Below are positions 48,653-57,089 of a stretch of DNA of 64,000 nt, one piece after another. The stretch is taken from contig JAWKIR010000002.1 in NCBI GenBank assembly GCA_041394245.1, positions 2,858,970 through 2,922,969 on the forward strand. The letters are read 5' to 3'. Each line of letters begins with the position of its first letter. Positions within the stretch are counted from its first letter, which is position 1. The DNA comes from Acidimicrobiales bacterium. Its GTDB lineage: Bacteria; Actinomycetota; Acidimicrobiia; Acidimicrobiales; Aldehydirespiratoraceae. The notes below the pieces were generated by a model that was not told the DNA's origin, made no database searches, and was given only the letters and a program-made list of their open reading frames with translations. The position numbers and the translations under genes are program-made.

Positions 48653-48957
48653 TCGGGTCGATCAGCCGCCTGCGGCGATGCGGCCTTCGACGCTGCGATG
48701 ATCGCGGCGATCCGCGAGGTCCCGGCGCCGGTCGAGTGGGCCGGCTGACCGAGTCGGTCGTTCTCGATGCGATCGTGTTCGATGCGATCGTGGAGGGTTG
48801 CCCGCGGGGTCTGGGGTGCGTTCCGGGGTTCGGTCATGAGCATGCTGCTCGATTCTGGGCCAGTGGTCTCCCCCAGAAGTCGGGGGCCTACTCCTACAAC
48901 GGCGGAAACGCGACGAAGTCGCGTGATTCGTCGGAACAATTCCCGAATCGGTGTCGT

Positions 48958-50223
48958 TCAGCCGGCGTAGGCCGAGATCTGGGCGTCGACGAGGGCGACG
49001 AGATCTCCCATTGCCACCTGCGCGTCGGCGAGGTGCAGGCCCCACTCGGGGGTGAGGTCGCCGTTGATGTCATCGGTGCGGGGATCGGCCGGGTCGCCCA
49101 GGATCTCGATCGACAGGTAGCCGAAGGTGCCGTCGTCGACGCATTCGGCGACGATGAAGTCGGGGTAGCCGACCCATGGGGTCGTGATGGCCTCGGCGTC
49201 GGCGGGGTCGGTGAACGGGCTCGCGCCGGCGAAGGCGGCCGAACCGGCGTTGAAGAGGTACTCGGGGTGTGTGGTGGCCGCTGAACCTTCGAGGTTGGCC
49301 GGGTTGGTGCACAGCGCGGGGCCGGCGTCGTTGCGGCCGAAGAAGGAGTTCGAGGGCGGCGGGGCGGTTTCGCGGAAGGTCGCGTAGCTGATGACACAGC
49401 CGATCTCGCCGACCTCGGTGCACCCCGGAATCGTGTCGTACGCCCGGGCGGAGCTGCCCAGGATGTGGGCGGTCACGAACTGGTCCTGGATGCCGGGCAC
49501 ACCGTCGATCTCCTCGGCGATCAGGTTGGCGATGAGGCCGGCGCCCTGGGAGTGGCCGAGAAGGACGAAGCCGCGGCCTTCGTTGGCCGTGGCCATGTAG
49601 TACTTGAAGGCGTCGAGCACGTCGGCGTAGGCGACCGCGTAGGTGTCGACGCCCTCGTCGGCCTGGACTCGGCCGGTCATCGAAGCGAGCGTGTTCTGTC
49701 GGTAGACGGGAGCGAACACCCGACACACCGAGCCGTAGCGGGCGGCCTGGCTGCGGGTGGTGAAGATCTCCTGTTCGGGCTGCGGGTCGAAGTCGCTGTT
49801 GGGGGTCTGGTCGCCACTGATGGTCGGGTAGACGTAGAAGCAGTCGACCGGGGCGTCGTCCACGGGGGTGAAGGGGACGACCTCGAGGCTCCCGTCGGGC
49901 GCCACGAGGGTCAGGTCCTGGTTCTCGGCGCAGGTGTCGTCGGCGCCGGGCCAGCAGATCCACACCGCCGGGTCGTCGTAGATCTCGCTGACGTAGCCCG
50001 CGTACGGAGCGGGTGAATCGACCGGATCGTCGGGCGCGGCCTCGATCGTGGTCGTCGTCTCCGCGGGGGTCTCCGCTTCGGTGGTCGTGGTGACGGCCGA
50101 CTCGGTCGTGGTGGTCGCGTCGTCGGTCGATGTGGTGTCGCCGTCGTCACTGCAGGCCCCGGCGAGCAGGGCGAGCGCGAGAGCGACGGTGACGATGGTG
50201 CGGATGGTTCGGCGACGAATCAT
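48958..50223 (-). CDS. DUF3089-like alpha/beta-hydrolase lipoprotein
   Basis: ATG at 50223 (MIRRRTIR). Lipobox LLAGAC, Thr/Asp-rich linker, GHSQGA nucleophile elbow. Confidence 0.7.
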   Translation of the reverse strand: MIRRRTIRTIVTVALALALLAGACSDDGDTTSTDDATTTTESAVTTTTEAETPAETTTTIEAAPDDPVDSPAPYAGYVSEIYDDPAVWICWPGADDTCAENQDLTLVAPDGSLEVVPFTPVDDAPVDCFYVYPTISGDQTPNSDFDPQPEQEIFTTRSQAARYGSVCRVFAPVYRQNTLASMTGRVQADEGVDTYAVAYADVLDAFKYYMATANEGRGFVLLGHSQGAGLIANLIAEEIDGVPGIQDQFVTAHILGSSARAYDTIPGCTEVGEIGCVISYATFRETAPPPSNSFFGRNDAGPALCTNPANLEGSAATTHPEYLFNAGSAAFAGASPFTDPADAEAITTPWVGYPDFIVAECVDDGTFGYLSIEILGDPADPRTDDINGDLTPEWGLHLADAQVAMGDLVALVDAQISAYAG

Positions 50224-50465
50224 GGCCGCGACCGTAGTCACAAACTCCGGGTCGGAACGGAACGATTGTGGCGATGAGGCCGGTGGCGTCGCCCCGGCCG
50301 GCGAGCAGGCTGCCCGGACCGTCTTCGGGCCGTGCCATGGGTCGAGGTCTTCGGAGGACTCGCTGGCCTGACGTGCCACCGCCTCGGATGGCCGATCCGT
50401 GTGAGATCGGCTCCCGGCCCGGGACCCTCCCGGTGGGTTTGCCTGGTCCCCCAGCGGGGAGTTGC

Positions 50466-51959
50466 ATGGGCGCCATGGCAGAACGCGCAGACCGGGGAGC
50501 ACCCACGTTCGGGATCATCGGGGCGGGGATGTCTGGCATCCTCGCAGCGATCAAGCTGCAGGAGGTCGGCTACGGGTTCACCGTCTTCGAGAAGGCCGAT
50601 CGGCTCGGGGGGACCTGGCGGGAGAACACCTACCCCGGCATCGCCTGCGACGTGCCGTCGCACATCTACAGCTACTCCTTCGCTCTCAACCCTGACTGGA
50701 GCCACTTCGCCTCGCCGGGGGGAGAGATCCTCGAGTACTTCGAGGAGGTGGCCCGGCGCTACGGCGTCGATGATCAGATCCGCTTCTCTGATGCCGTGGT
50801 GCGGTGCACCTGGTTCGACCCGACCGAGGATGCCGACGGCCGATGGGAGATCGAGACCGCTTCCGGGCATGTCGAGACGGTCGACTTCGTGATCGCGGCG
50901 ACCGGGATCCTCCATCACCCGAAGCTGCCCGACATCGCGGGGCTCGACTCGTTCGCGGGTCCGATGTTCCACAGCGCCCGCTGGGATCACGACGTCGCTC
51001 TCGACGGCAAGCGCATCGGGCTCATCGGCACCGGTTCCACCGGCGTGCAGATCACCGGGGCGCTCGCGCCGCGGGCCGGCCATCTCAGCGTGTTCCAGCG
51101 GACAGCGCAATGGGTGGTGCCGGTCGACCAGGTGGCGTACACCGAAGAGGAGAGGGCCACGTTCCGAACCGACGCCGATACGTTGGCGAAGCTTCACGAA
51201 GACCTGAAGAAGTCGTTCAACGACGGGTTCGGGACCACGATCCTCGACCAGCAGTCGGGAATGGTCGACGCCATCGAAGCCCGCTGTCAGGAGGAACTCG
51301 CGGCCATCGCCGACGAAGAGCTCCGGGCCAAGATCACGCCGACATATCGCGCCGGCTGCAAGCGGCTCGTGATCTCGCACAACTGGTACGACGCGGTGCA
51401 GCGAGACACCGTCGAGATCGTCACCGACGACATCGAACGGATCGAGCCGACGGGGGTGCGCACCGCCGACGGGCGTCTCCACGAGGTCGACGTGCTCGTG
51501 CTCGCAACCGGGTTCAAGGTCGACGCCTTCATGCGGCCGATGACGATCACCGGCGCCGACGGGGTGGATCTCGACGACGTGTGGGCCGAGCGACCGAGTG
51601 CCTACATGGCGATCACCATCCCGGGTTTCCCGAACCTCTTCATGCTGAACGGGCCCAATTCGCCGGTCGGCAATTTCTCGCTGATCCAGACGGCCGAGCT
51701 CCAGTTCGAGTACGTCATGGACATGGTCGAGCGGGTCGTGTCGGGGCAGCTCGATCGGGTCCAGCCGACGCAGGACGCAGCCGAGCGCTTCGAGGAGGAG
51801 CGGGTCGCCGCTGCGCGAAACACGGTGTGGGCGACCGGCTGCAACAGCTGGTACCTCGATGATCGTGGCATCCCGTTCGCCTGGCCTTTTCCGTTCGAAC
51901 GGTTCCGGCGCGAGATGGCCGAGCCTCGCCTCGGCGACTACGAAGCGGCCGGGGTCTGA
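50466..51959 (+). CDS. Flavin-containing / Baeyer-Villiger-type monooxygenase
   Basis: GGGGAG RBS 5 nt upstream. GIIGAGMSG (FAD), FEKADRLGGTW, GIACDVPSH, GLIGTGSTG (NADP). Confidence 0.85.
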   Translation: MGAMAERADRGAPTFGIIGAGMSGILAAIKLQEVGYGFTVFEKADRLGGTWRENTYPGIACDVPSHIYSYSFALNPDWSHFASPGGEILEYFEEVARRYGVDDQIRFSDAVVRCTWFDPTEDADGRWEIETASGHVETVDFVIAATGILHHPKLPDIAGLDSFAGPMFHSARWDHDVALDGKRIGLIGTGSTGVQITGALAPRAGHLSVFQRTAQWVVPVDQVAYTEEERATFRTDADTLAKLHEDLKKSFNDGFGTTILDQQSGMVDAIEARCQEELAAIADEELRAKITPTYRAGCKRLVISHNWYDAVQRDTVEIVTDDIERIEPTGVRTADGRLHEVDVLVLATGFKVDAFMRPMTITGADGVDLDDVWAERPSAYMAITIPGFPNLFMLNGPNSPVGNFSLIQTAELQFEYVMDMVERVVSGQLDRVQPTQDAAERFEEERVAAARNTVWATGCNSWYLDDRGIPFAWPFPFERFRREMAEPRLGDYEAAGV

Positions 51960-51972
51960 GTTCGGCGCAACG

Positions 51973-53052
51973 TCAGGAGCCGACCGGTCGAGGGAGCGGA
52001 CCCGAGAAGTCGATGGCGATGATCCTCAGGGCGCGGTGGCCCGGATAGCCCGGCGCCTCGAGCCACGCGTGATAGGCGAGCAGCGCCCGCCCCGACCGGT
52101 CGACGAAGAACTCGGCGCCGCCCGGACCTTCCGCCCCGGGGGAAGAGGCGATGATCGGCCCCTCGAAGGGCTTGTCGCACGGGCCGACGGCGGACGTGCA
52201 ACGGGCCAGTCCGATGCCGTAGGCGGCCTGGTTGTACCAGTTCCCCGAGTAGGCGAGCCAGTACGTGCCGTCGACGATGTGCATGCTCGGGGCCTCGACG
52301 TGGGGGTATTCCCAGTCCTGGTCGGTGGCGATGAGGCGCACTGGCTCGCCGATCAACGAGCGTCCGTCCGGGGCGAGTCGTTGGCTCCAGATCGATGATT
52401 CCCGACGCAGGGTGATGCCATCGTTCTTCCAGAGCAGGAAGATCGAGCCGTCGTCATCGACGAAGGGGCTCGGATCGATGGCGCCGCCGAGATCGGTGGG
52501 ACAGAGCCAGGGCTCGGTGCTGACGTCGACGAAGGGGCCGTCCGGTGCGGCGCCTTCGGCGACCGAGAGGCAGTGCTTGTCGGTGCCGTCGACCCTGGCC
52601 GTGTAGTAGAGGAGGTAGTGGTCGTCGACGGCGAGCACCGCGGGCGCCCAGCTCGACAGTGGGGTCGCCCAGCCGGGAAGCGTTGTGAGTGCGTCGGTCG
52701 GACCCGACCACTCGGCCAAGGTCGGCCCGTCGAGTCGCTGCACCTGTACGAACCCCGACGCCGTGGCGTAGGCGTGGTAGCCGTCGTCGTCGGCCAGCAC
52801 GAACGGGTCGGGGAAGTCCCGATCCCACACGAGTCGATCGTCGTCGACCCGATCCTCGGGAACAGTGGTCGTGGTCGTGGTCGTCGTGGTGGTGGTGGTC
52901 GTCGTCGTCGTCGTGGTGGTCGTCGTCGTCGTGGTCGTCGTCGTCGTGGTGGCCGTCGTGGTCGTCGATGGTGAGCCAGCGGTGTCGCCGGCGCCGCACC
53001 CGCCGAGCAGGGCGAGCGCCGCGATCAGTACCGGCACCCAGGGCCGCGGCAA
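51973..53052 (-). CDS. GH43-family glycoside hydrolase lipoprotein with poly-Thr linker
   Basis: TTG start. Lipobox LLGGC. FPDPFV, WAPAV...YYT, DPSPFVDDDG, EAPSM...YWLAYS motifs. Confidence 0.8.
   Translation of the reverse strand: MPRPWVPVLIAALALLGGCGAGDTAGSPSTTTTATTTTTTTTTTTTTTTTTTTTTTTTTTTTTVPEDRVDDDRLVWDRDFPDPFVLADDDGYHAYATASGFVQVQRLDGPTLAEWSGPTDALTTLPGWATPLSSWAPAVLAVDDHYLLYYTARVDGTDKHCLSVAEGAAPDGPFVDVSTEPWLCPTDLGGAIDPSPFVDDDGSIFLLWKNDGITLRRESSIWSQRLAPDGRSLIGEPVRLIATDQDWEYPHVEAPSMHIVDGTYWLAYSGNWYNQAAYGIGLARCTSAVGPCDKPFEGPIIASSPGAEGPGGAEFFVDRSGRALLAYHAWLEAPGYPGHRALRIIAIDFSGPLPRPVGS
52864..52965 (-). repeat. Imperfect ACC/ACG triplet repeat encoding TTTT-A-T(29)
   Basis: Counted codon by codon: 29 consecutive Thr codons (52864-52950), one Ala, then four Thr. 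Confidence 0.9.
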
Positions 53053-53053
53053 C

Positions 53054-53626
53054 TCAGGGTTCCAGGCAGAAGGGGATGGAGTCGCCGGGGGTGTCCGGTG
53101 ACCCCGTCTCGCCGGCGGGGTCGTAGATCTTCACGGCGTCGATGGACGTGAACTGCAGCAGCGTCGGGACGATCTGGTTGGCCACCGTGAAGGTGGACCC
53201 GCCGCTCGAGCAGCCCCCGGCGAGGCGCACCTGGGCGGTGCGCTCGAGTATCGAGAACTCGGCGATGCCGGTCGCCTCCGACGCCACGAACCGGAGTCCG
53301 CCCGCCTGTTCGTCACTCGTCGGACCCTCGAAGAGCGCGTCGAGCGCGGCAGCTTCCGGGGAGGCAGGATCCACGGCGCGCTCGACCGGGCGAACGTAGG
53401 GCAGGCGCCCGATGTTGAAGGCCTCCTCGTCGAGGAAGAACACCTGGACGACGATGGATTCGGGCTCGCTGGTGCTCGGCGGGACTGTCGTCGATGTGGG
53501 AGATGTTGTCGAGGTCGATGTTGCCTCCGGAGCGGTCGTGGTGGATGTGGGCGAACCCTGTGGGTCGTCGCCGCACGCCGCGCTGAGCACGCAGATGGCG
53601 ACCAACACCGGGAGAACGCGAGACAT
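53054..53626 (-). CDS. GerMN-domain lipoprotein
   Basis: ATG at 53626. Lipobox LSAAC, S/T/P linker, VQVFFLDEE...AALDALFEGPT...LAGGC pattern. Confidence 0.65.
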   Translation of the reverse strand: MSRVLPVLVAICVLSAACGDDPQGSPTSTTTAPEATSTSTTSPTSTTVPPSTSEPESIVVQVFFLDEEAFNIGRLPYVRPVERAVDPASPEAAALDALFEGPTSDEQAGGLRFVASEATGIAEFSILERTAQVRLAGGCSSGGSTFTVANQIVPTLLQFTSIDAVKIYDPAGETGSPDTPGDSIPFCLEP

Positions 53627-53681
53627 GACGCGAGTCAATCCGGTGCGGCAGCGACGCGCCAGGGTCCTTGGGCCCGAGCGC

Positions 53682-53708
53682 CGCTGCCGCCAGGCGGTTG
53701 CGGCAGCG
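53682..53708 (-). terminator. Putative terminator hairpin after the leftmost island gene
   Basis: CGCTGCCGC (53682-53690) pairs with GCGGCAGCG (53700-53708), 9-nt loop. A third copy of the arm at 53645-53653 allows an alternative pairing. Confidence 0.35.
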
Positions 53709-53724
53709 CCGGCCGGCGGGCCAA

Positions 53725-54213
53725 TCAGCCGAGTGCGCCCGACGCGAGCAGTGAGGTGATCGTCCCTGCGACGAACACGGCGAGCATCACCGCCATCGTG
53801 GCGGCACCGATGGTGACGGCGCGGCCGAGGTCGCTCATGTGGCCCCCGAGGACGTCGATCCGTTCGCCGATGCTGTCCATTCGCATGCTCAGGCTGTCCA
53901 TGCGCGAACTGAGCGATGCCCCCTGTGCGGCGACGAGTCGGGTGAGCTCCTGCAGGTCGCTCGAGGTCTGATCAGCCCGCAGCGTCAAGGCTTCGATGCG
54001 TCCCTCGACCCCGCCGATGCGTCCCTCGACGCCGCCGAGTCGGTCCTCGACGCCGCCGAGTCGGCGGTCGAGCAGCGCGATGTCGTCCTTGGTGGCGAGC
54101 TGCGTCCACGGGATCGGCGGCATGGACTCCATCATGGCATCCGCAGCGCTCTCGTCCATCAGTTCGATGAGGTACTGGCGGATACGAAGGCGGGTGTTCT
54201 CGTCGACGGGCAT
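53725..54213 (-). CDS. Tail-anchored coiled-coil protein, paralogue A (DUF1640/XhlA-like)
   Basis: MPVDENTRLRIRQYLIELMDESAADAMMESMPPIPWTQLATKDDIALLD, GGVExRL heptads, C-terminal TM. RBS AGGAGGGG. Confidence 0.7.
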   Translation of the reverse strand: MPVDENTRLRIRQYLIELMDESAADAMMESMPPIPWTQLATKDDIALLDRRLGGVEDRLGGVEGRIGGVEGRIEALTLRADQTSSDLQELTRLVAAQGASLSSRMDSLSMRMDSIGERIDVLGGHMSDLGRAVTIGAATMAVMLAVFVAGTITSLLASGALG

Positions 54214-54279
54214 CGGCCCCTCCTGGTTCGAGAGTTGGAGGGGAAGTCCGTGTCGTGACCCTAGGACGAGTGTGTGACA
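54214..54279 (-). promoter_or_regulatory. Conserved upstream module A: TGTCACA palindrome, 8 nt, TAGGGT -10, anti-SD/SD hairpin
   Basis: Minus strand reads TGTCACAC-N8-TAGGGT...CTTCCCCTCC-13 nt-GGAGGGGccgATG. Arms at 54237-54243 and 54217-54223. Confidence 0.5.
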
Positions 54280-54420
54280 GAAGGTCGTGGTGGTGAATGC
54301 GATCCCCGGAAAACGCCGGTTGGCGGTGTGCGGGTGCGCTCGCATCGGTGATGGCCCTGCCATGTTGAAGTCGACGTACTCCGCCGCAGCGTCGTCGCAC
54401 GCGTCGAGTCTGCTGCTGCA

Positions 54421-54528
54421 CTCAGCCGCGTCTCGGCTGTGCCGCGAAGTCGCTGAGTCGTTGCATGACGGCATTGCTCTCGTCGTCGAAGACGCCTCCG
54501 TAGACCCCGAGGATCAGCGCCGGGTTCG
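54421..54528. repeat. Left copy of a 108-bp direct repeat (70 bp perfect), equal to the integrase 3' end
   Basis: 54459-54528 is identical to 58319-58388. 54421-54432 is identical to 58281-58292. Constant offset of 3,860 bp. Confidence 0.9.
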
Positions 54529-55375
54529 AGTGGCCGGCCCACTTGGCCGCGGCACGGGGCGACGCCAGCGAGCGGCTCCACATCGCGACGCACGTGTGGC
54601 GGAGATCGTGGATCCGGAGGCCGTCGAGCCCGGCGGCTTCGGTGGCCGGTTTCCAGATGCGTCGCCGGAAGTTGGCGTCGCCGAGCGGCTTGCCGTTCGG
54701 TGAGGTCCAGATCAGCTCGTCGGGTTCGACGCCGCGGCTCGCCATGTCGATGACGAGCTCTTCCATCACGAAGCTCGGGACGGGGACCGTCCGGCGCCCG
54801 GCCCGTGACTTCGGTGGGCCGAAGGTCGGTGTGCCGTCGCGGCTGAGGGTACGCGTTTCGGTGACGTCGATCGTGGTGGTCGCCGCGTGGACTCGCTTGG
54901 CCCGGAGGGCTGCGAGCTCGCCGTTGCGGAGACCGGCGTAGGCGCCGACGAGCACGAAGGTGCGATACGGCGCGGCGATCGCATCGGCGAGGCGTTCGAC
55001 CTCCGCGGGTTCGAGGAACGTCGGCTCCTTGTGGGGCACTTGGGGGAGCGAGAGCCCCCGCGTCGGGTTGTGTTCGAGCAACCGGGACCGCACGGCGATG
55101 TCGAGGCTCTGGGCGAGCAACCCGGCGGCCTTGCGCACAGTGCGGGGGGACAGGTCGGTCGCCGCGAGCTCGGCGACGAAACGCTGGGCGTCGCGAAACC
55201 CGATCCGGTCGATCGCCACGTCGCCGAAGAACGGCTCGAGATGACACCGGAAGATCGATTCGTCGCGCAGACGGGTCGAGGGTCGGACACCGACCCTCGT
55301 CGAGATGAATTCGGCCCACCAGTCGCGAAACGACGGCGCGGGTTCCGCAGGGAGGCCCAGCGATGGCGCGTCCAC
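54422..55375 (-). CDS. Tyrosine recombinase / phage-type integrase
   Basis: GTG at 55375. SAM-like N-terminal domain, AYAGLRNGEL (R), HDLRHTCVAMW (HxxR), GHSNPALILGVYGGVF (Y). Confidence 0.9.
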   Translation of the reverse strand: MDAPSLGLPAEPAPSFRDWWAEFISTRVGVRPSTRLRDESIFRCHLEPFFGDVAIDRIGFRDAQRFVAELAATDLSPRTVRKAAGLLAQSLDIAVRSRLLEHNPTRGLSLPQVPHKEPTFLEPAEVERLADAIAAPYRTFVLVGAYAGLRNGELAALRAKRVHAATTTIDVTETRTLSRDGTPTFGPPKSRAGRRTVPVPSFVMEELVIDMASRGVEPDELIWTSPNGKPLGDANFRRRIWKPATEAAGLDGLRIHDLRHTCVAMWSRSLASPRAAAKWAGHSNPALILGVYGGVFDDESNAVMQRLSDFAAQPRRG

Positions 55376-55389
55376 GGGTCTGGCGCAGT

Positions 55390-55608
55390 TCAGGCGAGGG
55401 TGGTGGCCAGCACCGCGACGACGCCGACGATCCGCGTCATCATGGCGATGACGATCATGCCCGTCGTCTCGGCGCACCGCACTGGCAGCAGCCCTTCGAG
55501 CAGCGCCATCTCGCCGGAGAAGTTGTGGATCTGGGGGTCGATGCGTTTCGTTCCTGCGTCGGAGAGGCGCCGGTGGAGGCGGAGGCGTACTGGTTCGTCG
55601 ACGGACAT
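55390..55608 (-). CDS. Short paralogue D of the tail-anchored family (72 aa), 14 nt upstream of the integrase
   Basis: MSVDEPVRLRLHRRL... and a C-terminal TM (MIVIAMMTRIVGVVAVLATTL). Lacks the coiled-coil middle. Confidence 0.5.
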   Translation of the reverse strand: MSVDEPVRLRLHRRLSDAGTKRIDPQIHNFSGEMALLEGLLPVRCAETTGMIVIAMMTRIVGVVAVLATTLA

Positions 55609-55671
55609 GGGTTCCCTCGGATCGGAGTGCAAGGAGGGAAGTGACGGCGAACCTACGCGTCGGGTGTGACA
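55609..55671 (-). promoter_or_regulatory. Conserved upstream module D
   Basis: TGTCACAC-N8-TAGGTT...CTTCCCTCC-15 nt-GAGGGAAcccATG. Arms at 55634-55640 and 55612-55618. Confidence 0.45.
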
Positions 55672-55726
55672 GTCCTGCGCCGACGGGATGCCGGCTCGCT
55701 CGGTCCGTGGATCCCCGAGGTGAGTG

Positions 55727-56260
55727 TCAGAGATTGAGCAGACCCACGGCCACGCCGGTGACGGCGAGGAACAACGTGATCATGGCGAACACGAGGATCC
55801 GGGTGGTCTCCATCCATCGCAACGACAGCCGCCCCTCCATCGCGAGGAGTTGCCCCTCGAAGACCGAGCGGCTGCCGTCGAGCTGCGCGCCGAACCCTTC
55901 GAGCTTCGCGCCGACCCCCTCGAGCTGGGCATCGACGGTGTCGAAGCGCCGGTCCATGGCGTTGAACCGTTGGTCGACGTCGTCGAACCGTCGGTCGACG
56001 ATGTCGAGGCGCCGGTCGACGGTGTCGAGGCGCCGGTCGACGGTGTCGAGGCGCCGGTCGACGTTGTCGAGGCGCCGGTCGACGTTGTTGAATCGTTGGT
56101 CGACATCGTTGAACCGCAGGAGCATCTCGTCGCGGCGAGCGATCTCCGACCAGTCGAACGGCGGCATGGATTCGAGTATGGCATACGCCACCTCGGGTTC
56201 GAGCTCGTGATCGATCAGCCATTGGCGGAAACGGAGGCGAGCGTCCTGCTCAGGGGTCAT
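55727..56260 (-). CDS. Tail-anchored coiled-coil protein, paralogue C
   Basis: MTPEQDARLRFRQWLIDHELEPEVAYAILESMPPFDWSEIARRDEM, about nine VDRRLDx heptads, C-terminal TM. Confidence 0.7.
   Translation of the reverse strand: MTPEQDARLRFRQWLIDHELEPEVAYAILESMPPFDWSEIARRDEMLLRFNDVDQRFNNVDRRLDNVDRRLDTVDRRLDTVDRRLDIVDRRFDDVDQRFNAMDRRFDTVDAQLEGVGAKLEGFGAQLDGSRSVFEGQLLAMEGRLSLRWMETTRILVFAMITLFLAVTGVAVGLLNL
55931..56119 (-). repeat. Nine tandem 21-bp in-frame repeats (heptad repeat VDRRLDx)
   Basis: gtcgacggtgtcgaggcgccg-type units. Units at 56015-56035 and 56036-56056 are identical. Confidence 0.9.
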
Positions 56261-56319
56261 GGGTCCTCCCGGATGGGGTGGGAGGGGAAGTGGACCCACC
56301 GTACGCGCCCGGTGTGACA
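56261..56319 (-). promoter_or_regulatory. Conserved upstream module C
   Basis: TGTCACAC-N8-TACGGT...CCCCTCCC-9 nt-GGGAGGAcccATG. Arms at 56280-56285 and 56265-56270. Confidence 0.45.
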
Positions 56320-56593
56320 CTGGGGGCCGGTCCTCGCGTCGAGCGGTTCTTTGAGAACGCGTCGTCTCGACCGGCCAACAGATACAGAACGCGCCGCCGT
56401 TGGTGGGGAAGAGCGGGATCCAACAGCGCGGGAACCCGATCGCGACGCCGGCGAGCACGCGTGCGATCCACGACCAGTGGCGAGCCGAGCTGGAAGGAGG
56501 CTGAAATCGGTTGGTCGCGTTCGAAGCTGCACCGGTTGCACCCCACTGAGGGGAGCCCAGGAGAATTCATCGAAGCCGGTGTCTCCAGTGTGA

Positions 56594-57001
56594 TCAGGAG
56601 CTGGTCGCGAGGACGCTGACGATGAACACCGCAATGGTGATCGCGAGGGTGGCGGCGCCGATCGTGACCGCCCGGCCGAGGTCGGTCATGTGGTTGCCCA
56701 ACGCGTCGATCCGGCCGCCGATGCCGTCCATGCGCGTGCCCAACGAGGTGCCCTGCTGGGCGACGGCCCTGGTGAGCTCCTGCAGATCGCTCGACGTCTG
56801 GTCCATCCGCGCCGTCAGCGAGTCGAGGCGGTGCTCGACGCCGCCCAAGCGTGTGTCGAGCGCGGCGATGTCGTCCTTCGTGGCGAGTTGCGTCCACGGG
56901 ATCGGTGGCATGGACTCCATCATGGCATCCGCGGCGGCTTCGTCCATCAGCTCGATCAGGTACTGGCGGATACGAAGTCGGGTGTTCTCGTCGGCGGGCA
57001 T
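56594..57001 (-). CDS. Tail-anchored coiled-coil protein, paralogue B
   Basis: MPADENTRLRIRQYLIELMDEAAADAMMESMPPIPWTQLATKDDIAALD is nearly identical to the N-terminus of A. C-terminal TM. Confidence 0.7.
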   Translation of the reverse strand: MPADENTRLRIRQYLIELMDEAAADAMMESMPPIPWTQLATKDDIAALDTRLGGVEHRLDSLTARMDQTSSDLQELTRAVAQQGTSLGTRMDGIGGRIDALGNHMTDLGRAVTIGAATLAITIAVFIVSVLATSS

Positions 57002-57064
57002 CGGCCCCTCCTTGGTCGACGTGTTGGAGGGGAAGTGGGCGCACGCTACGGCGCGGCTGTGACA
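57002..57064 (-). promoter_or_regulatory. Conserved upstream module B
   Basis: TGTCACAG-N8-TAGCGT...CTTCCCCTCC-14 nt-GGAGGGGccgATG. Arms at 57026-57032 and 57005-57011. Confidence 0.5.
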
Positions 57065-57089
57065 GTCGACATCGCTCTCGCGCCGTCAT

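Noticed and set aside
48580-48939. 119-aa minus-strand ORF in the gap between the heliorhodopsin and DUF3089 genes
   Set aside because: It overlaps the heliorhodopsin 3' end antisense and has no motifs or RBS. The gap instead holds a 15-bp tandem duplicate (48764-48792) and terminator-like hairpins (48908-48949).
53639-53724. tRNA or tmRNA integration target at the left island boundary
   Set aside because: No cloverleaf or GTTCGAATC-type T-loop could be traced by eye. Only alternative GC-rich hairpins are present. A tRNAscan run would settle it.
56320-56593. Fifth (decayed) paralogue of the coiled-coil family between genes C and B
   Set aside because: None of the three minus-strand frames shows the M-P-x-D-E..RLR head or the ESMPP block. 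I treat the region as non-coding spacer.
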